This document shows, one piece after another, positions 37,850 through 51,277 of a stretch of 64,000 nt of DNA. Source of the stretch: Eledone cirrhosa. Its lineage: Eukaryota. The notes beneath the pieces are model-generated. The model did no database searches. It was not told the origin of the DNA and was given only the letters and a program-made list of their open reading frames with translations. The position numbers and the translations under genes are program-made. The stretch lies in assembly GCA_964016885.1 (NCBI GenBank), contig OZ024745.1:43524001-43588000 (forward strand), written 5' to 3'. The first letter of the stretch is position 1. Each line of letters starts with the position of its first letter.

Positions 37850-38215
37850 TATCATCTTCACCCACTTATTCCTGAGAGGGTCATGGGGGAAGAGTCCTCA
37901 ACACTCCGTCTAACAGGTCCTGTCAGAAGCAACTGTCTCCAACTGATCCAGCTGGATCCCCAAGCAAGACCAGCCAAGCTCATGGATGTTATCCAACCAT
38001 CTTGCTTGGGGTCTACCCCTGGATCTCCTGCCAGTTGGTTTGCCTGTAAAATCTGTCCAGTGATTCTTTCCTGAGACATTCTAGCAACATGCCCATAGTT
38101 GAAATGCTATGATCTCTTAATTCAGAGCAGCTCTACCTGTAGTGACTCATTGATTTCTGAGCTATGCACTCTATCGAGTAACGTTACTCCAAAGACCCTT
38201 CAGAGGAACCCCTTT
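37850..38215 (-). mobile_element. Degenerate 3' end of a different RTE-like LINE
   Basis: Minus strand reads ..GVTLLDRVHSSEI..YGHVARMSQERI..; old, with stops. Confidence 0.55.
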
Positions 38216-38310
38216 GCTTGTATTTATATTGATTTTCAAAATTTTGTGTAAATATTTATACTTTGGAAATGTAACAGTCCCAAACACAGAAATAACAGTT
38301 GATTGACAGA

Positions 38311-38443
38311 TAATAATTGAGAAAGTTGGGTATATTATCTTTAAAGATGGAAAAAAGATGATAGCAGTGCATGCCTATGTGAAAGCACCCTCTCCACTCT
38401 TTTCCATATCTAACGGCTATATACCCAATTTTCTCAACTATTA
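38311..38443. repeat. Small inverted-repeat element
   Basis: taataattgagaaagttgggtata / tatacccaattttctcaactatta. Confidence 0.6.
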
Positions 38444-38541
38444 AATATAGTAATCAAGTATTCAAGTATTGTTACAGTTATTTTTTGCATTTGAGACTCT
38501 CACATTTTCAATTTTCAAAAAACTTCCAGAGCTTCAATAAT

Positions 38542-38583
<42 letters not shown>

Positions 38584-38612
38584 GATATACACCTTTTTTT
38601 TCTTTATTCTAG

Positions 38613-38664
38613 CATTGGGTTTTGATAGAATGGCAACTCAAGCTGAAGATGTCTTTGGTGGGAG
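38613..38664 (+). CDS. ITPR: ITPR short exon (ALGFDRMATQAEDVFGG)
   Basis: tag|CA ... AG|gtagg, 52 nt, phase 1-2; matches the IP3R QAE.IFGG motif. Confidence 0.88.
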
Positions 38665-38910
38665 GTAGGTTAGATTTTATTTCTTTCAAACTGTTATAGA
38701 TGCATAAATTTCATAGTAAGTTGTCAGTTAACTTAAATAACAATTTCAAATCTAATTTAAACTATATTGCTAAAACTTGGACTAGCTGATCAAACTTATG
38801 GTTGAATATTATATAATATATAATTTTTAGTAATTAAAATAAACTGTATATTGGAATAGTTAAAGTCAGTATTATTCAGTGATTAATATTATTTTATGTA
38901 AATATTATTA

Positions 38911-39170
38911 CTGTAAAGTGGTCATGTAGGTGTCACGACAAAAAGCACCCAGTCCATGTTATAAAGTGGTTGTGTAGGCGACACAGCAAAAAGCATCCAG
39001 CAAACACTGTAAATTTGATTGGCGTTAGAAAGGGCATCCAGCCATAGAAACCAAGCCAAAATCAGTTCTGTGTGAGCGAATCATGGTCCCCGAACCTGAT
39101 CCCTCACAAAGGGACAACCTGTCCTACCCATGCTAGCGTGGAAGATGGACATTAAACGATGATGATGATT
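38911..39170 (+). mobile_element. RTE 3'-UTR fragment with (GAT)n tail
   Basis: Homologous to 2630-2877. Other fragments at ~26060-26190, ~37360-37600, ~41600-41700 and ~52600-53015. Confidence 0.8.
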
Positions 39171-39746
39171 ATGATTATATTAAAGGCAGTGGAATGGCAA
39201 TAGTTGTGAGGATGTCAGTAGAATACATTGCAGTATTCATTCTGGCTCTCTATATTCTGAATTCAAATCCATCTGTCCCACTGAGGCTAACTTTATCTTT
39301 CTTTGGGAGGTCAATAAATAAGCTCCAGTCTAGTCCTTGGGTCAATTCCTCTCTCTCTCTCTCAGAAAACAGTTATGGGAATCTGGTCCCTGAAGGATCA
39401 ATTTCATATTACAAGGAAGCCAGTGGTAGGAGATGGAATTTAAATTCAGAACACAAAGAACTTCTTAGTTAATGCTCTAACAAGGCCTCTTCTTATCTAA
39501 TGCTCTAACAATTCAGTTAATCCACTGCTTTGTAATGGTACATTATTTATCAACTTCAAGAGGATGAAAAGCTTAAATTGACCTCAGCAAGACTTGAACA
39601 AATGCAAGAAGCTGGATGAAGTATCACAAATCCTTGTATCAGATGATCTGATGAGTCTATTGATTGGCCATCTTGGATAATAGATAACAATAATAGACTA
39701 AAAAAAATAATTGAAAGAATTGTGGATTATATTTCTAAATTATATA

Positions 39747-41564
39747 CCATATATACTCGCGTATAGGTCGCACTTTTTTAACGATAAATAAGTATAAATT
39801 TTTGTGGTGCAACCTATCCGATCGACATCAGACTGTCCAATGATGTTTCATAGCCTTAATCAATGATGGGTATTTATAAAAATAACTTTGTTAATATTTT
39901 TTATTACACCGTGTAACATATTTTTTGTTCCCCGGTTCTAAGTGTCATTTCCTGGTTTGTTATATCCCATTATTATTAAAAAAACACTATTATTTAATCA
40001 GAAGTTTGGGTTTGTGGTCAGGAGTTTGATATTTCGAAATTTTCATATTTTTCAAGAAAAAACACATTTAAAAAAAATTTATCAGTTCATATAATTAAAT
40101 CAACAGAGTATATATTTATTTTATTACACAAACTTATCAAAAGCAAACAAGTAAAAACAAATAACATTTATAAAGCAACTTATACATGTCAGAAATGACT
40201 GGATTTCCTGGATTTGCGGTTGTAGTCCAGGTCGCATTCCCGCACTAGCCCCCAGATATAGTCCCCCGTCATTTTTTCATTGTAGTGGCCCTGGTACCCC
40301 CACTCTATCTCTTTCACATCTTGGTGGAATCGTTCGCCTTGTTCTTCTGAGTGGGCGCCCATATTGTCCTTGAATTTTTCCAGGTGAGCGTCCAGCATCC
40401 CATGGCGCCAAAAGGCTTTATCAGATCCTGCACCAGTTGCTGGTAGTTTTCAGCTCTGTAGTTGCCCTGGAAACCCTTAACAACTGCTTTGAAACAGTTC
40501 CATGCTGTTCTCTCAATCAAATTGAGCTTATTAGAGAACTCAGTAGACTCAAACACCTTCTTTATCTGAGGTCCAACAAAAATTCCACCTTTGATTTTGG
40601 CCTCAGATAACTAGGGGAAGAACTCAAGAAGGTACTTAAAAGCGGCTGATTCTTGGTTGATAGCCTTCACAAACTGCTTCATCAACCCCAACTTAATGTG
40701 TAGTGGTGGCATGAGCACAATCCTGGGATCAACCAGTAGCTCCTGAATGAACTAGGGGCAGTGTCGGGAACTTGTTTCCATTGTGGAGGAGGACAACCTT
40801 CAAACTTGTGGTGGAGCTGTCTATAAATAGCTGCCACTCCTTGGGCACAAATGGCACCCCAATAACGTCAAACAGTCCAGGCACGTCATGGCAGAAACAG
40901 AGGCCATCCCTAAGAGTGTAAAAGCCTGAGAAAGGTTTGGTCGACTTCTCTGACTTGTCACCTGCCCTTCCTCCTTGACCAAGTTCCGCTGCTTCATCCT
41001 GGAGATGAATAGCTCTGCATTGGACTTGGTCAGACCCATATCCTTGACCAAGTCATTGACTTCTTTTTGGTTTGGGAAGTGAGGAACTTTTTCTGGTACC
41101 CCAGTATCAATAAATCTCTTTAATCCACTTTTTAACAATTTTATACTTTATTGCACTTTTATAATTTTCTTTAGGTATTACTCTTTATTTTATAATTTTA
41201 ATTTAACCTGAAACATATATTAAAAAAATCATTTAACATAAGCAAATTAAACTTACATACAACGTAAAATCCAGCATACAAATAATTCTAGTGAATAGCT
41301 TATAATTTTTACAAACCCAAACTTTTAACTGTTTAATAGCACTTTTTTTATTTATTTGGGACCTAAGCAACACAAAAAAAAGTGATTATAAGCCAGGAAC
41401 AGAGAAAAAAATTTTTTTGTTACACAGTGTTATTAGTTTCAATTATCATAAAAAATAGTAGTTTGATGGCCCAAATTTCAGTGCGACCTATCTGCAACTC
41501 AATGGCAAATAGCCTATTTGTTAAATGAAAAGTGGGTATGCGACCTATACGTGAGTATATACAG
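39747..41564. mobile_element. Tc1/mariner (Tc2/pogo-like) MITE interrupted by Chapaev3 copy 2
   Basis: ta|ccatatatactcgcgtataggtcgca ... tgcgacctatacgtgagtatatacag|ta; 26-bp TIRs with TA TSD. Confidence 0.8.
39907..41429 (-). mobile_element. Chapaev3-type transposon derivative, second copy, inverted and further deleted
   Basis: Reverse complement of 27678-29475 with TTA TSD (39904-39906 and 41430-41432); lacks ~245 bp (copy 1 ~28369-28611) and ~25 bp (~28961-28985). Confidence 0.85.
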
Positions 41565-41765
41565 TAAACCTAGTCAATACCACCACCCCTACCCCATCCT
41601 TCCTCACTAGTAAAGGTTGGACAGATCATACTGCATTGGTCTGATAACCCATCCAACCCCTTGTTAGCATGGAGAACAGATGTTAAATGATGATGGTGAT
41701 GGTGAAAAAACATGAGTTTTATAACTAATATTTTATAAGCATTATTTATTTATATTTTACTCCAG

Positions 41766-41931
41766 TTCGGAAACAGCAGAATTAGATTTAGATGGGCAAG
41801 GTGGCAAGATGTTTCTCCGGGTTCTTCTTAACTTGGTGATGCACAACTATCCTGCAGTCGTATCAGGAGCTCTCCAATTACTCTTCAGGCATTTTAGTCA
41901 ACGGCAAGAGGTTCTTCAAGCCTTTAATCAA
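41766..41931 (+). CDS. ITPR: ITPR exon ([17 protein letters not shown]...[22 protein letters not shown])
   Basis: cag|TTCG ... CAA|gtaag, phase 2-0. Confidence 0.96.
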
Positions 41932-42434
41932 GTAAGAATCAATGTTACTCTTTTTTAATGTTTTCTTTCTTGAGGCATCAGTCTACAGCAACTAGACTTT
42001 TAGCTTTCTCAAATAATTGTCTTTCTTTTTAACTGTAAAATAAAAAAAAAACTCTCTTAAATGTTTCCATTATACACATGGTCAGCTAAGTTACAAAAGA
42101 GTTACTAAGATAGAATATTATATTTTGTCAACTCTCTCACAACTAATCTCAAGTAATACTTTCACTTATTACTAAGATAAAGAAACCTGTTAATATATGC
42201 CATTATTTATATCTTACAAACTACCTTATGTCATTACCTTAGAGCTAAGTTTACTATTATATAATCTACAATATATTTCATATATATTTAAAATTAGAAA
42301 TCAATTACTTCATTTTTAATAACTCCAAATGAACTTATAAAACTTCTGATTTTAAATATATTTTTTCTGTAACTTAAAAATCTTACTTTTTGCTGCAATC
42401 TATCTCTAAATTTCTATAATCTATATTTCCTAAG

Positions 42435-42608
42435 GTCCAACTATTAGTGTCTACAAGTGATGTGGAAAATTACAAACAGATTAAACGAGATTTGGATGAA
42501 CTGCGTTTGTTGGTTGAGAAATCAGAATTGTGGGTATACAAAGCTAAACCACCAGATGGCAAAAAGAAGAAACCTATCAAAGAAGAAAAAGAGGGCAGTT
42601 CAAAAAAA
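42435..42608 (+). CDS. ITPR: ITPR exon ([34 protein letters not shown]...)
   Basis: aag|GTC ... AAA|gtaaa, 174 nt. Confidence 0.93.
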
Positions 42609-43252
42609 GTAAAAATTTCATCAACTTTTTCTTCACTTTAATATTTATTTAACTTTATTTCTTCTTCTGTGTGTCGTTTGTTGTCTTATCATTGAGTTGA
42701 AATTTAACACCGTCTTTTTTTAAGTTTGACTTTGCTCATAATCCAAAATCTTTGATTGTATTATGAAATAAAGCATTGTAGTTGAAATATATGAATTGTT
42801 GAAAAGGGGAAATGTGTAAGTTAGTGATATTAAGGATGAGTTTTTATAGTGAGAATAATCTCTTTATGTAATGCTACTTCACTTGGATTTGGCAGTGTTG
42901 GAAATGTTTGTGACTCCAGTGATTCTTCAAGGCCTTAAAATTTTAGGTATATAACTGATTTTATAATATTCTGAAACTCTTTTACCTGCTACAGTTAACA
43001 GGTAAATCTCCTTTAGCATTCACCTGATGTTAGAAAGATAAAATTGTAGGGTTAGTTGAAAGATAACAAATTTTATACACCAATGAGAATTAAATTCTTA
43101 AATTAATTATAAAATTCAATATCAATAAACAAATTCTTAAATATTTATAGTGTCAGCTTGTATTTTGAAATACCCTTCATAACAACTTTCTCATCTTAAA
43201 CATGTATTCTTTTATGTTTAACATTACACAACAAATTTTCTTAATTCTTCAG

Positions 43253-43291
43253 GAGAAAAGCGAGTCTAAAATGCGAAAACAAAATGCCTGG
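43253..43291 (+). CDS. ITPR: ITPR 39-nt mini-exon (EKSESKMRKQNAW), symmetric phase 0
   Basis: ttcttaattcttcag|GAG ... TGG|gtgag; in frame, in the variable loop of the coupling domain. Supported by splice signals only. Confidence 0.7.
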
Positions 43292-43825
43292 GTGAGTTAA
43301 AACATTCATTGATTTTTTTTTTTTTTTTTTCTTAAAAAGTTTTCAAGGCATAAAATAGCCAATTTACTAAACTATAATTATTGTGATTAAATTTTTAATT
43401 GTTTCAATCAATATATAACATCATGAAGATTTTTTGAAAGGATTCAGTAAAATGTTTCTAATTTTATATATTTATGTATTATGCTGGTGTTGCCCAACTT
43501 AAATCTCATGATATTATTCTTGTAAGGAGATTTTGTTTTATTCAAATATGAACACTTTAGTATGGGTAATTATGAGTATGTTGGTATTACAGAAGAAAAA
43601 TCCATCTGTATATGTTTAACATTGTTCAGCTTTAATTTCTAAGTTGAATTGTTCATAAGATTATAATTTTTCAGACCATTAATCTTATTAGAGATGGAAC
43701 TATTTCTAATATTTAAAACTACACCTACATTTCAAACAGTTGTTCTTTAATCCTGCTTAGAGAACTACAGTAGAAACATAGAGAAATGAGACAAGCAGAA
43801 CATATAGAATAAGCTCAACACTAAG

Positions 43826-46800
43826 ATCAGTACATTAAAGTAAACTCAACATTAACATCACTACAATGAAGTAAACTCAACATTAACATCACTAACATGA
43901 GTACATTAAAATAAACTCAATGCTAACATCAGTACATTAAAATAAACTCAATGCTAACATCAGTACATTAAAATAAACTCAATGCTAACATCAGTACATT
44001 AAAGTAAACTCAATGCTAACATCAGTACATTAAAGTAAACTCAATGCTAACATCAGTACATTAAAGTAAACTCAATGCTAACATCATTACATTAAAGTAA
44101 ACTCAATGCTAACATCATTACATTAAAGTAAACTCAATGCTAACATCAGTACATTAAAGTAAACTCAATGCTAACATCATTACATTAAAGTAAACTCAAT
44201 GCTAACATCATTTCATTAAAGTAAACTCAATGCTAACATCAGTACATTAAAATAAACTCAATGCTAACATCATTACATTAAAGTAAACTCAATGCTAACA
44301 TCATTACATTAAAGTAAACTCAATGCTAACATCATTACATTAAAGTAAACTCAATGCTAACATCAGTACATTAAAGTAAACTCAATGCTAACATCAGTAC
44401 ATTAAAGTAAGCTCAATGCTAACATCATTACATTAAAGTAAACTCAATGCTAACATCATTACATTAAAGTAAGCTCAATGCTAACATCAGTACATTAAAG
44501 TAAACTCAATGCTAACATCATTACATTAAAGTAAGCTCAATGCTAACATCATTACATTAAAGTAAACTCATTGCTAACATCATTACATTAAAGTAAGCTC
44601 AATGCTAACATCATTACATTAAAGTAAACTCAATGCTAACATCATTACATTAAAGTAAACTCAATGCTAACATCAGTACATTAAAATAAACTCAATGCTA
44701 ACATCATTACATTAAAGTAAGCTCAATGCTAACATCATTACATTAAAGTAAACTCAATGCTAACATCATTACATTAAAGTAAACTCAATGCTAACATCAT
44801 TACATTAAAGTAAACTCAATGCTAACATCAGTACATTAAAATAAACTCAATGCTAACATCATTACATTAAAGTAAGCTCAATGCTAACATCATTACATTA
44901 AAGTAAACTCAATGCTAACATCATTACATTAAAGTAAACTCAATGCTAACATCAGTACATTAAAATAAACTCAATGCTAACATCATTACATTAAAGTAAG
45001 CTCAATGCTAACATCATTACATTAAAGTAAACTCAATGCTAACATCAGTACATTAAAGTAAACTCAATGCTAACATCATTACATTAAAGTAAACTCAATG
45101 CTAACATCATTACATTAAAGTAAACTCAATGCTAACATCATTACATTAAAGTAAACTCAATGCTAACATCAGTACATTAAAGTAAACTCAATGCTAACAT
45201 CAGTACATTAAAGTAAGCTCAATGCTAACATCATTACATTAAAGTAAACTCAATGCTAACATCAGTACATTAAAGTAAGCTCAATGCTAACATCATTACA
45301 TTAAAGTAAACTCAATGCTAACATCATTACATTAAAGTAAACTCAATGCTAACATCATTACATTAAAGTAAACTCAATCCTAACATCATTACATTAAAGT
45401 AAACTCAATGCTAACATCATTACATTAAAGTAAACTCAATGCTAACATCATTACATTAAAGTAAGCTCAATGCTAACATCATTACATTAAAGTAAACTCA
45501 ATGCTAACATCAGTACATTAAAGTAAACTCAATGCTAACATCATTACATTAAAGTAAACTCAATGCTAACATCATTACATTAAAGTAAGCTCAATGCTAA
45601 CATCAGTACATTAAAATAAACTCAATGCTAACATCAGTACATTAAAGTAAGCTCAATGCTAACATCATTACATTAAAGTAAACTCAATGCTAACATCAGT
45701 ACATTAAAGTAAACTCAATGCTAACATCATTACATTAAAGTAAACTCAATGCTAACATCATTACATTAAAGTAAGCTCAATGCTAACATCAGTACATTAA
45801 AGTAAACTCAATGCTAACATCATTACATTAAAGTAAGCTCAATGCTAACATCATTACATTAAAGTAAACTCATTGCTAACATCATTACATTAAAGTAAAC
45901 TCAATGCTAACATCATTACATTAAAGTAAACTCAATGCTAACATCATTACATTAAAGTAAGCTCAATGCTAACATCAGTACATTAAAATAAACTCAATGC
46001 TAACATCAGTACATTAAAGTAAACTCAATGCTAACATCAGTACATTAAAGTAAACTCAATGCTAACATCAGTACATTAAAGTAAACTCAATGCTAACATC
46101 AGTACATTAAAATAAACTCAATGCTAACATCAGTACATTAAAGTAAACTCAATGCTAACATCATTACATTAAAGTAAGCTCAATGCTAACATCATTACAT
46201 TAAAGTAAGCTCAATGCTAACATCATTACATTAAAGTAAACTCAATGCTAACATCATTACATTAAAGTAAGCTCAATGCTAACATCATTACATTAAAGTA
46301 AACTCAATGCTAACATCAGTACATTAAAGTAAACTCAGTGCTAACATCAGTACATTAAAGTAAGCTCAATGCTAACATCATTACATTAAAGTAAACTCAA
46401 TGCTAACATCATTACATTAAAGTAAACTCAATGCTAACATCAGTACATTAAAATAAACTCAATGCTAACATCATTACATTAAAGTAAGCTCAATGCTAAC
46501 ATCAGTACATTAAAGTAAACTCAATGCTAACATCATTACATTAAAGTAAGCTCAATGCTAACATCATTACATTAAAGTAAACTCAATGCTAACATCATTA
46601 CATTAAAGTAAACTCAATGCTAACATCAGTACATTAAAATAAACTCAATGCTAACATCATTACATTAAAGTAAGCTCAATGCTAACATCATTACATTAAA
46701 GTAAACTCAATGCTAACATCATTACATTAAAGTAAACTCAATGCTAACATCATTACATTAAAGTAAACTCAATGCTAACATCAGTACATTAAAATAAACT

Positions 46801-49010
46801 CAATGCTAACATCATTACATTAAAGTAAGCTCAATGCTAACATCATTACATTAAAGTAAACTCAATGCTAACATCATTACATTAAAGTAAACTCAATGCT
46901 AACATCAGTACATTAAAATAAACTCAATGCTAACATCATTACATTAAAGTAAGCTCAATGCTAACATCATTACATTAAAGTAAACTCAATGCTAACATCA
47001 GTACATTAAAGTAAACTCAATGCTAACATCATTACATTAAAGTAAACTCAATGCTAACATCATTACATTAAAGTAAACTCAATGCTAACATCATTACATT
47101 AAAGTAAACTCAATGCTAACATCAGTACATTAAAGTAAACTCAATGCTAACATCAGTACATTAAAGTAAGCTCAATGCTAACATCATTACATTAAAGTAA
47201 ACTCAATGCTAACATCAGTACATTAAAGTAAGCTCAATGCTAACATCATTACATTAAAGTAAACTCAATGCTAACATCATTACATTAAAGTAAACTCAAT
47301 GCTAACATCATTACATTAAAGTAAACTCAATGCTAACATCATTACATTAAAGTAAACTCAATGCTAACATCATTACATTAAAGTAAACTCAATGCTAACA
47401 TCATTACATTAAAGTAAACTCAATGCTAACATCATTACATTAAAATAAACTCAATGCTAACATCAGTACATTAAAGTAAGCTCAATGCTAACATCATTAC
47501 ATTAAAGTAAACTCAATGCTAACATCATTACATTAAAGTAAACTCAATGCTAACATCATTACATTAAAATAAACTCAATGCTAACATCAGTACATTAAAG
47601 TAAGCTCAATGCTAACATCAGTACATTAAAGTAAACTCAATGCTAACATCAGTACATTAAAATAAACTCAATGCTAACATCAGTACATTAAAGTAAACTC
47701 AATGCTAACATCATTACATTAAAGTAAACTCAATGCTAACATCATTACATTAAAGTAAACTCAATGCTAACATCATTACATTAAAGTAAACTCAATGCTA
47801 ACATCAGTACATTAAAGTAAGCTCAATGCTAACATCATTACATTAAAGTAAACTCAATGCTAACATCATTACATTAAAGTAAACTCAATGCTAACATCAT
47901 TACATTAAAGTAAACTCAATGCTAACATCATTACATTAAAGTAAACTCAATGCTAACATCATTACATTAAAGTAAACTCAATGCTAACATCATTACATTA
48001 AAGTAAACTCAATGCTAACATCATTACATTAAAGTAAACTCAATGCTAACATCATTACATTAAAGTAAACTCAATGCTAACATCATTACATTAAAATAAA
48101 CTCAATGCTAACATCATTACATTAAAGTAAACTCAATGCTAACATCAGTACATTAAAGTAAACTCAATGCTAACATCATTACATTAAAGTAAACTCAATG
48201 CTAACATCATTACATTAAAGTAAACTCAATGCTAACATCATTACATTAAAGTAAACTCAATGCTAACATCATTATATTAAAGTAAACTCAATGCTAACAT
48301 CATTAAAGTAAGCTCAATGCTAACATCATTACATTAAAGTAAACTCAATGCTAACATCATTACATTAAAGTAAACTCAATGCTAACATCATTACATTAAA
48401 GTAAACTCAATGCTAACATCATTACATTAAAATAAACTCAATGCTAACATCAGTACATTAAAGTAAACTCAATGCTAACATCATTACATTAAAGTAAACT
48501 CAATGCTAACATCATTACATTAAAATAAACTCAATGCTAACATCAGTACATTAAAGTAAGCTCAATGCTAACATCAGTACATTAAAGTAAACTCAATGCT
48601 AACATCAGTACATTAAAATAAACTCAATGCTAACATCAGTACATTAAAGTAAACTCAATGCTAACATCAGTACATTAAAATAAACTCAATGCTAACATCA
48701 GTACATTAAAGTAAACTCAATGCTAACATCAGTACATTAAAGTAAACTCAATGCTAACATCAGTACATTAAAATAAACTCAATGCTAACATCAGTACATT
48801 AAAGTAAACTCAATGCTAACATCATTACATTAAAGTAAACTCAATGCTAACATCAGTACATTAAAGTAAACTCAATGCTAACATCATTACATTAAAGTAA
48901 ACTCAATGCTAACATCATTACATTAAAGTAAACTCAATGCTAACATCAGTACATTAAAGTAAACTCAATGCTAACATCAGTACATTAAAGTAAGCTCAAT
49001 GCTAACATCA
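43826..49010. repeat. 31-bp tandem satellite, ~167 units (acattaaa[g/a]taa[a/g]ctcaatgctaacatca[t/g]t)
   Basis: Direct reading; the unit shifts 2 nt per 60-nt line. Confidence 0.98.
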
Positions 49011-49340
49011 TCATCATCGTTTTACGTCCGGTCTTCCACGCTAGCATGGGTTAGACGAGTTGTCCTGTTGTAGGCAGTGTCCGGTCGGCTGACCATACCT
49101 TGCTCATACGGGAACTGATTCTGGCTTGATTTCTACAGCTGGATGCCCTTCCTAACACCAACCTCATTTACAGTGAGTGCTGGGTGCTTTTTTTCCGTGG
49201 TGCCTACACATCCACTTTACAGTGTGGGCTGGGTGCTTTTTTGCCATGGCACCTCCATGACCACTTTGCAGTAGGAGGGTGTGGGGGCATATTGTCTATA
49301 TGCTTCAGCTTCAGCTTGTACCCGTGGGGGGTCGGGTCAT
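49010..49340 (-). mobile_element. RTE 3'-UTR fragment inserted in the last satellite unit
   Basis: Highly similar to 24145-24475; satellite sequence resumes at ~49345-49378. Confidence 0.88.
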
Positions 49341-49852
49341 ATAAAGTACATATAAAGTAAGCTCAATGCTAACATTACTTTTGGTTTAGTTTAGGTCCTA
49401 TTTTGAATTCATTCTGCTACAATGTTCATTAACAAAACATGACGACGACTGAACATTAAACCAAAACAAATCAAAATATAATGCAGAAAAATATTGAAAA
49501 ATTTTCATTAACTTTTTTTATACCAACCGGCCCTAAACTACTTCTGTTGCTATGAAACAGAGCCACCCATTTTAAAGTGTTTCTACTTAAATTAAAACTT
49601 TCCTATGTAATTCTATATAAGAGCATTTTGTTATGTTGCAAATACCATCTTAATGAAATTATAATTTTAGTAAATCCTTTCTAAATTCTTCATCAATTAA
49701 TTCGAATACAAAGTATTAATTAGAAATACAATAAGGAAAAGGAAATATGTTATTAATAATCTGAAGAATTGTAATCGTATACTGTTCAGCATTTTAAAAA
49801 GAATTCAGCTTCATCTCCAATTCTGTATGCCAATTGTTTTCCTTTTACCTAG

Positions 49853-49945
49853 GAACTTGGAGCTGATCAAGGTTCAGCTATTGATCTTGGTTTGGGACCT
49901 AATATTGATAGATCAGCAGAAGATAATTACAAAAAGAAAAAAGAA
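49853..49945 (+). CDS. ITPR: ITPR exon (ELGADQGSAIDLGLGPNIDRSAEDNYKKKKE)
   Basis: tag|GAA ... GAA|gtgag, 93 nt. Confidence 0.87.
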
Positions 49946-50608
49946 GTGAGTCCTATATTTTTCATATCATTAAGCAGATATTGCACACTTCTTTAAAAAT
50001 TATTTATTTATTTGTTTGATTTTTATATATTCTCATAAAGAACTCATTCATGCTCCAACACCATTATCACTCCTTAGTAGCTAGTTTCATCATCACTGTA
50101 AACCTCTACCTCTCTTAAATCCTAACACCCCTTACTCTATCCAGGATCACCCTACCTCTCTCCCATTCTATCCAGGATCACCCCTCTTCTTGATTCCTGA
50201 TGCTAGTCATAACTCCTTACCCCACTTGATTTGACCCTAACACATCAGTCATACCTCCTTAGTAGTTGTTCTCAACTTCACAGTTCACCCCACACACACA
50301 TCACCCTGTCAAATCCCACCACACTTGTCATACACCTACAACATAGAGTTACGACGCTTTATGGTCTGAGTTCAAATCCCACCAAGGTTAACTTTGCCGT
50401 TCATCTTTATGGGGTCGTTAAAATAAAGCACCAGTAATGCACTGGGATAATTGCTGGTATTGTGCCAAAAGTAAAAACAATTATTTCTGCACTCTAATTC
50501 ATCCTATGGTATGGAATATAAATGTAAGAAGGTTAGGTAACACATTTCAATTATTGATTTATCTTGGTTGTTTAAATGGACTTTAGTAATATCTTGTTTC
50601 TTCTACAG

Positions 50609-50749
50609 ATCCTGTTACGTCTTACTAAGCTTTGTGTCCAAGAAACTTCAGAAGGGATTAAAAAACCAAGGAAACATGAACAACGACTACTTAGGAATAT
50701 GGCTGCTCACGCTGTTGTTTTGGAATTGTTACAAATTCCTTTTGATAAA
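50609..50749 (+). CDS. ITPR: ITPR exon ([10 protein letters not shown]...[29 protein letters not shown])
   Basis: cag|ATC ... AAA|gtgag. Confidence 0.96.
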
Positions 50750-51277
50750 GTGAGTTTCTTCAGCATTTTATGTGTTCTAAAAAAAATAAACTGAACTTTG
50801 AATTTGTGATTTATTTATTTCATGTTATTGTTAGATTCATTAAGTTCTATTTCGCCAGTGATTGGGTTCTGGAATACTAACTAAAATGTAAATTGGATAT
50901 TTGGTTGTGCTGTGCAGTAAACCTAGATACAGTCAACATAAAATATCTACCACCTCTATGCCTTGGCCAAGGGGTTAGAATTAATAAAAGAATTCAGTTC
51001 TAAAATTACTTGCTCTTAAATATGTAAATGTCTGGATTTTCCTGGATATATAATTCTTGTAATATTGGAAACTGTATATAAAAATATTAAAAAAAGAACT
51101 TTTAAGTAATTCTTACTTTCAAAGTACAACCATCTACCATTGCTGCTGTTTTTTAGCACAGCCGTAATTTTTGTCACATAAGCCATAACAACTTTTTTAA
51201 TGAAATAGAATATAAACTAAACTAAATCTGCTTCTATAAAACAGAGGAATTTTTTACTTTTTAGTCTATTCTTTGTA

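Noticed and set aside
43826-49010. CRISPR-like appearance of the 31-bp repeat
   Set aside because: Head-to-tail units with no unique spacers, no cas genes, eukaryotic intron.
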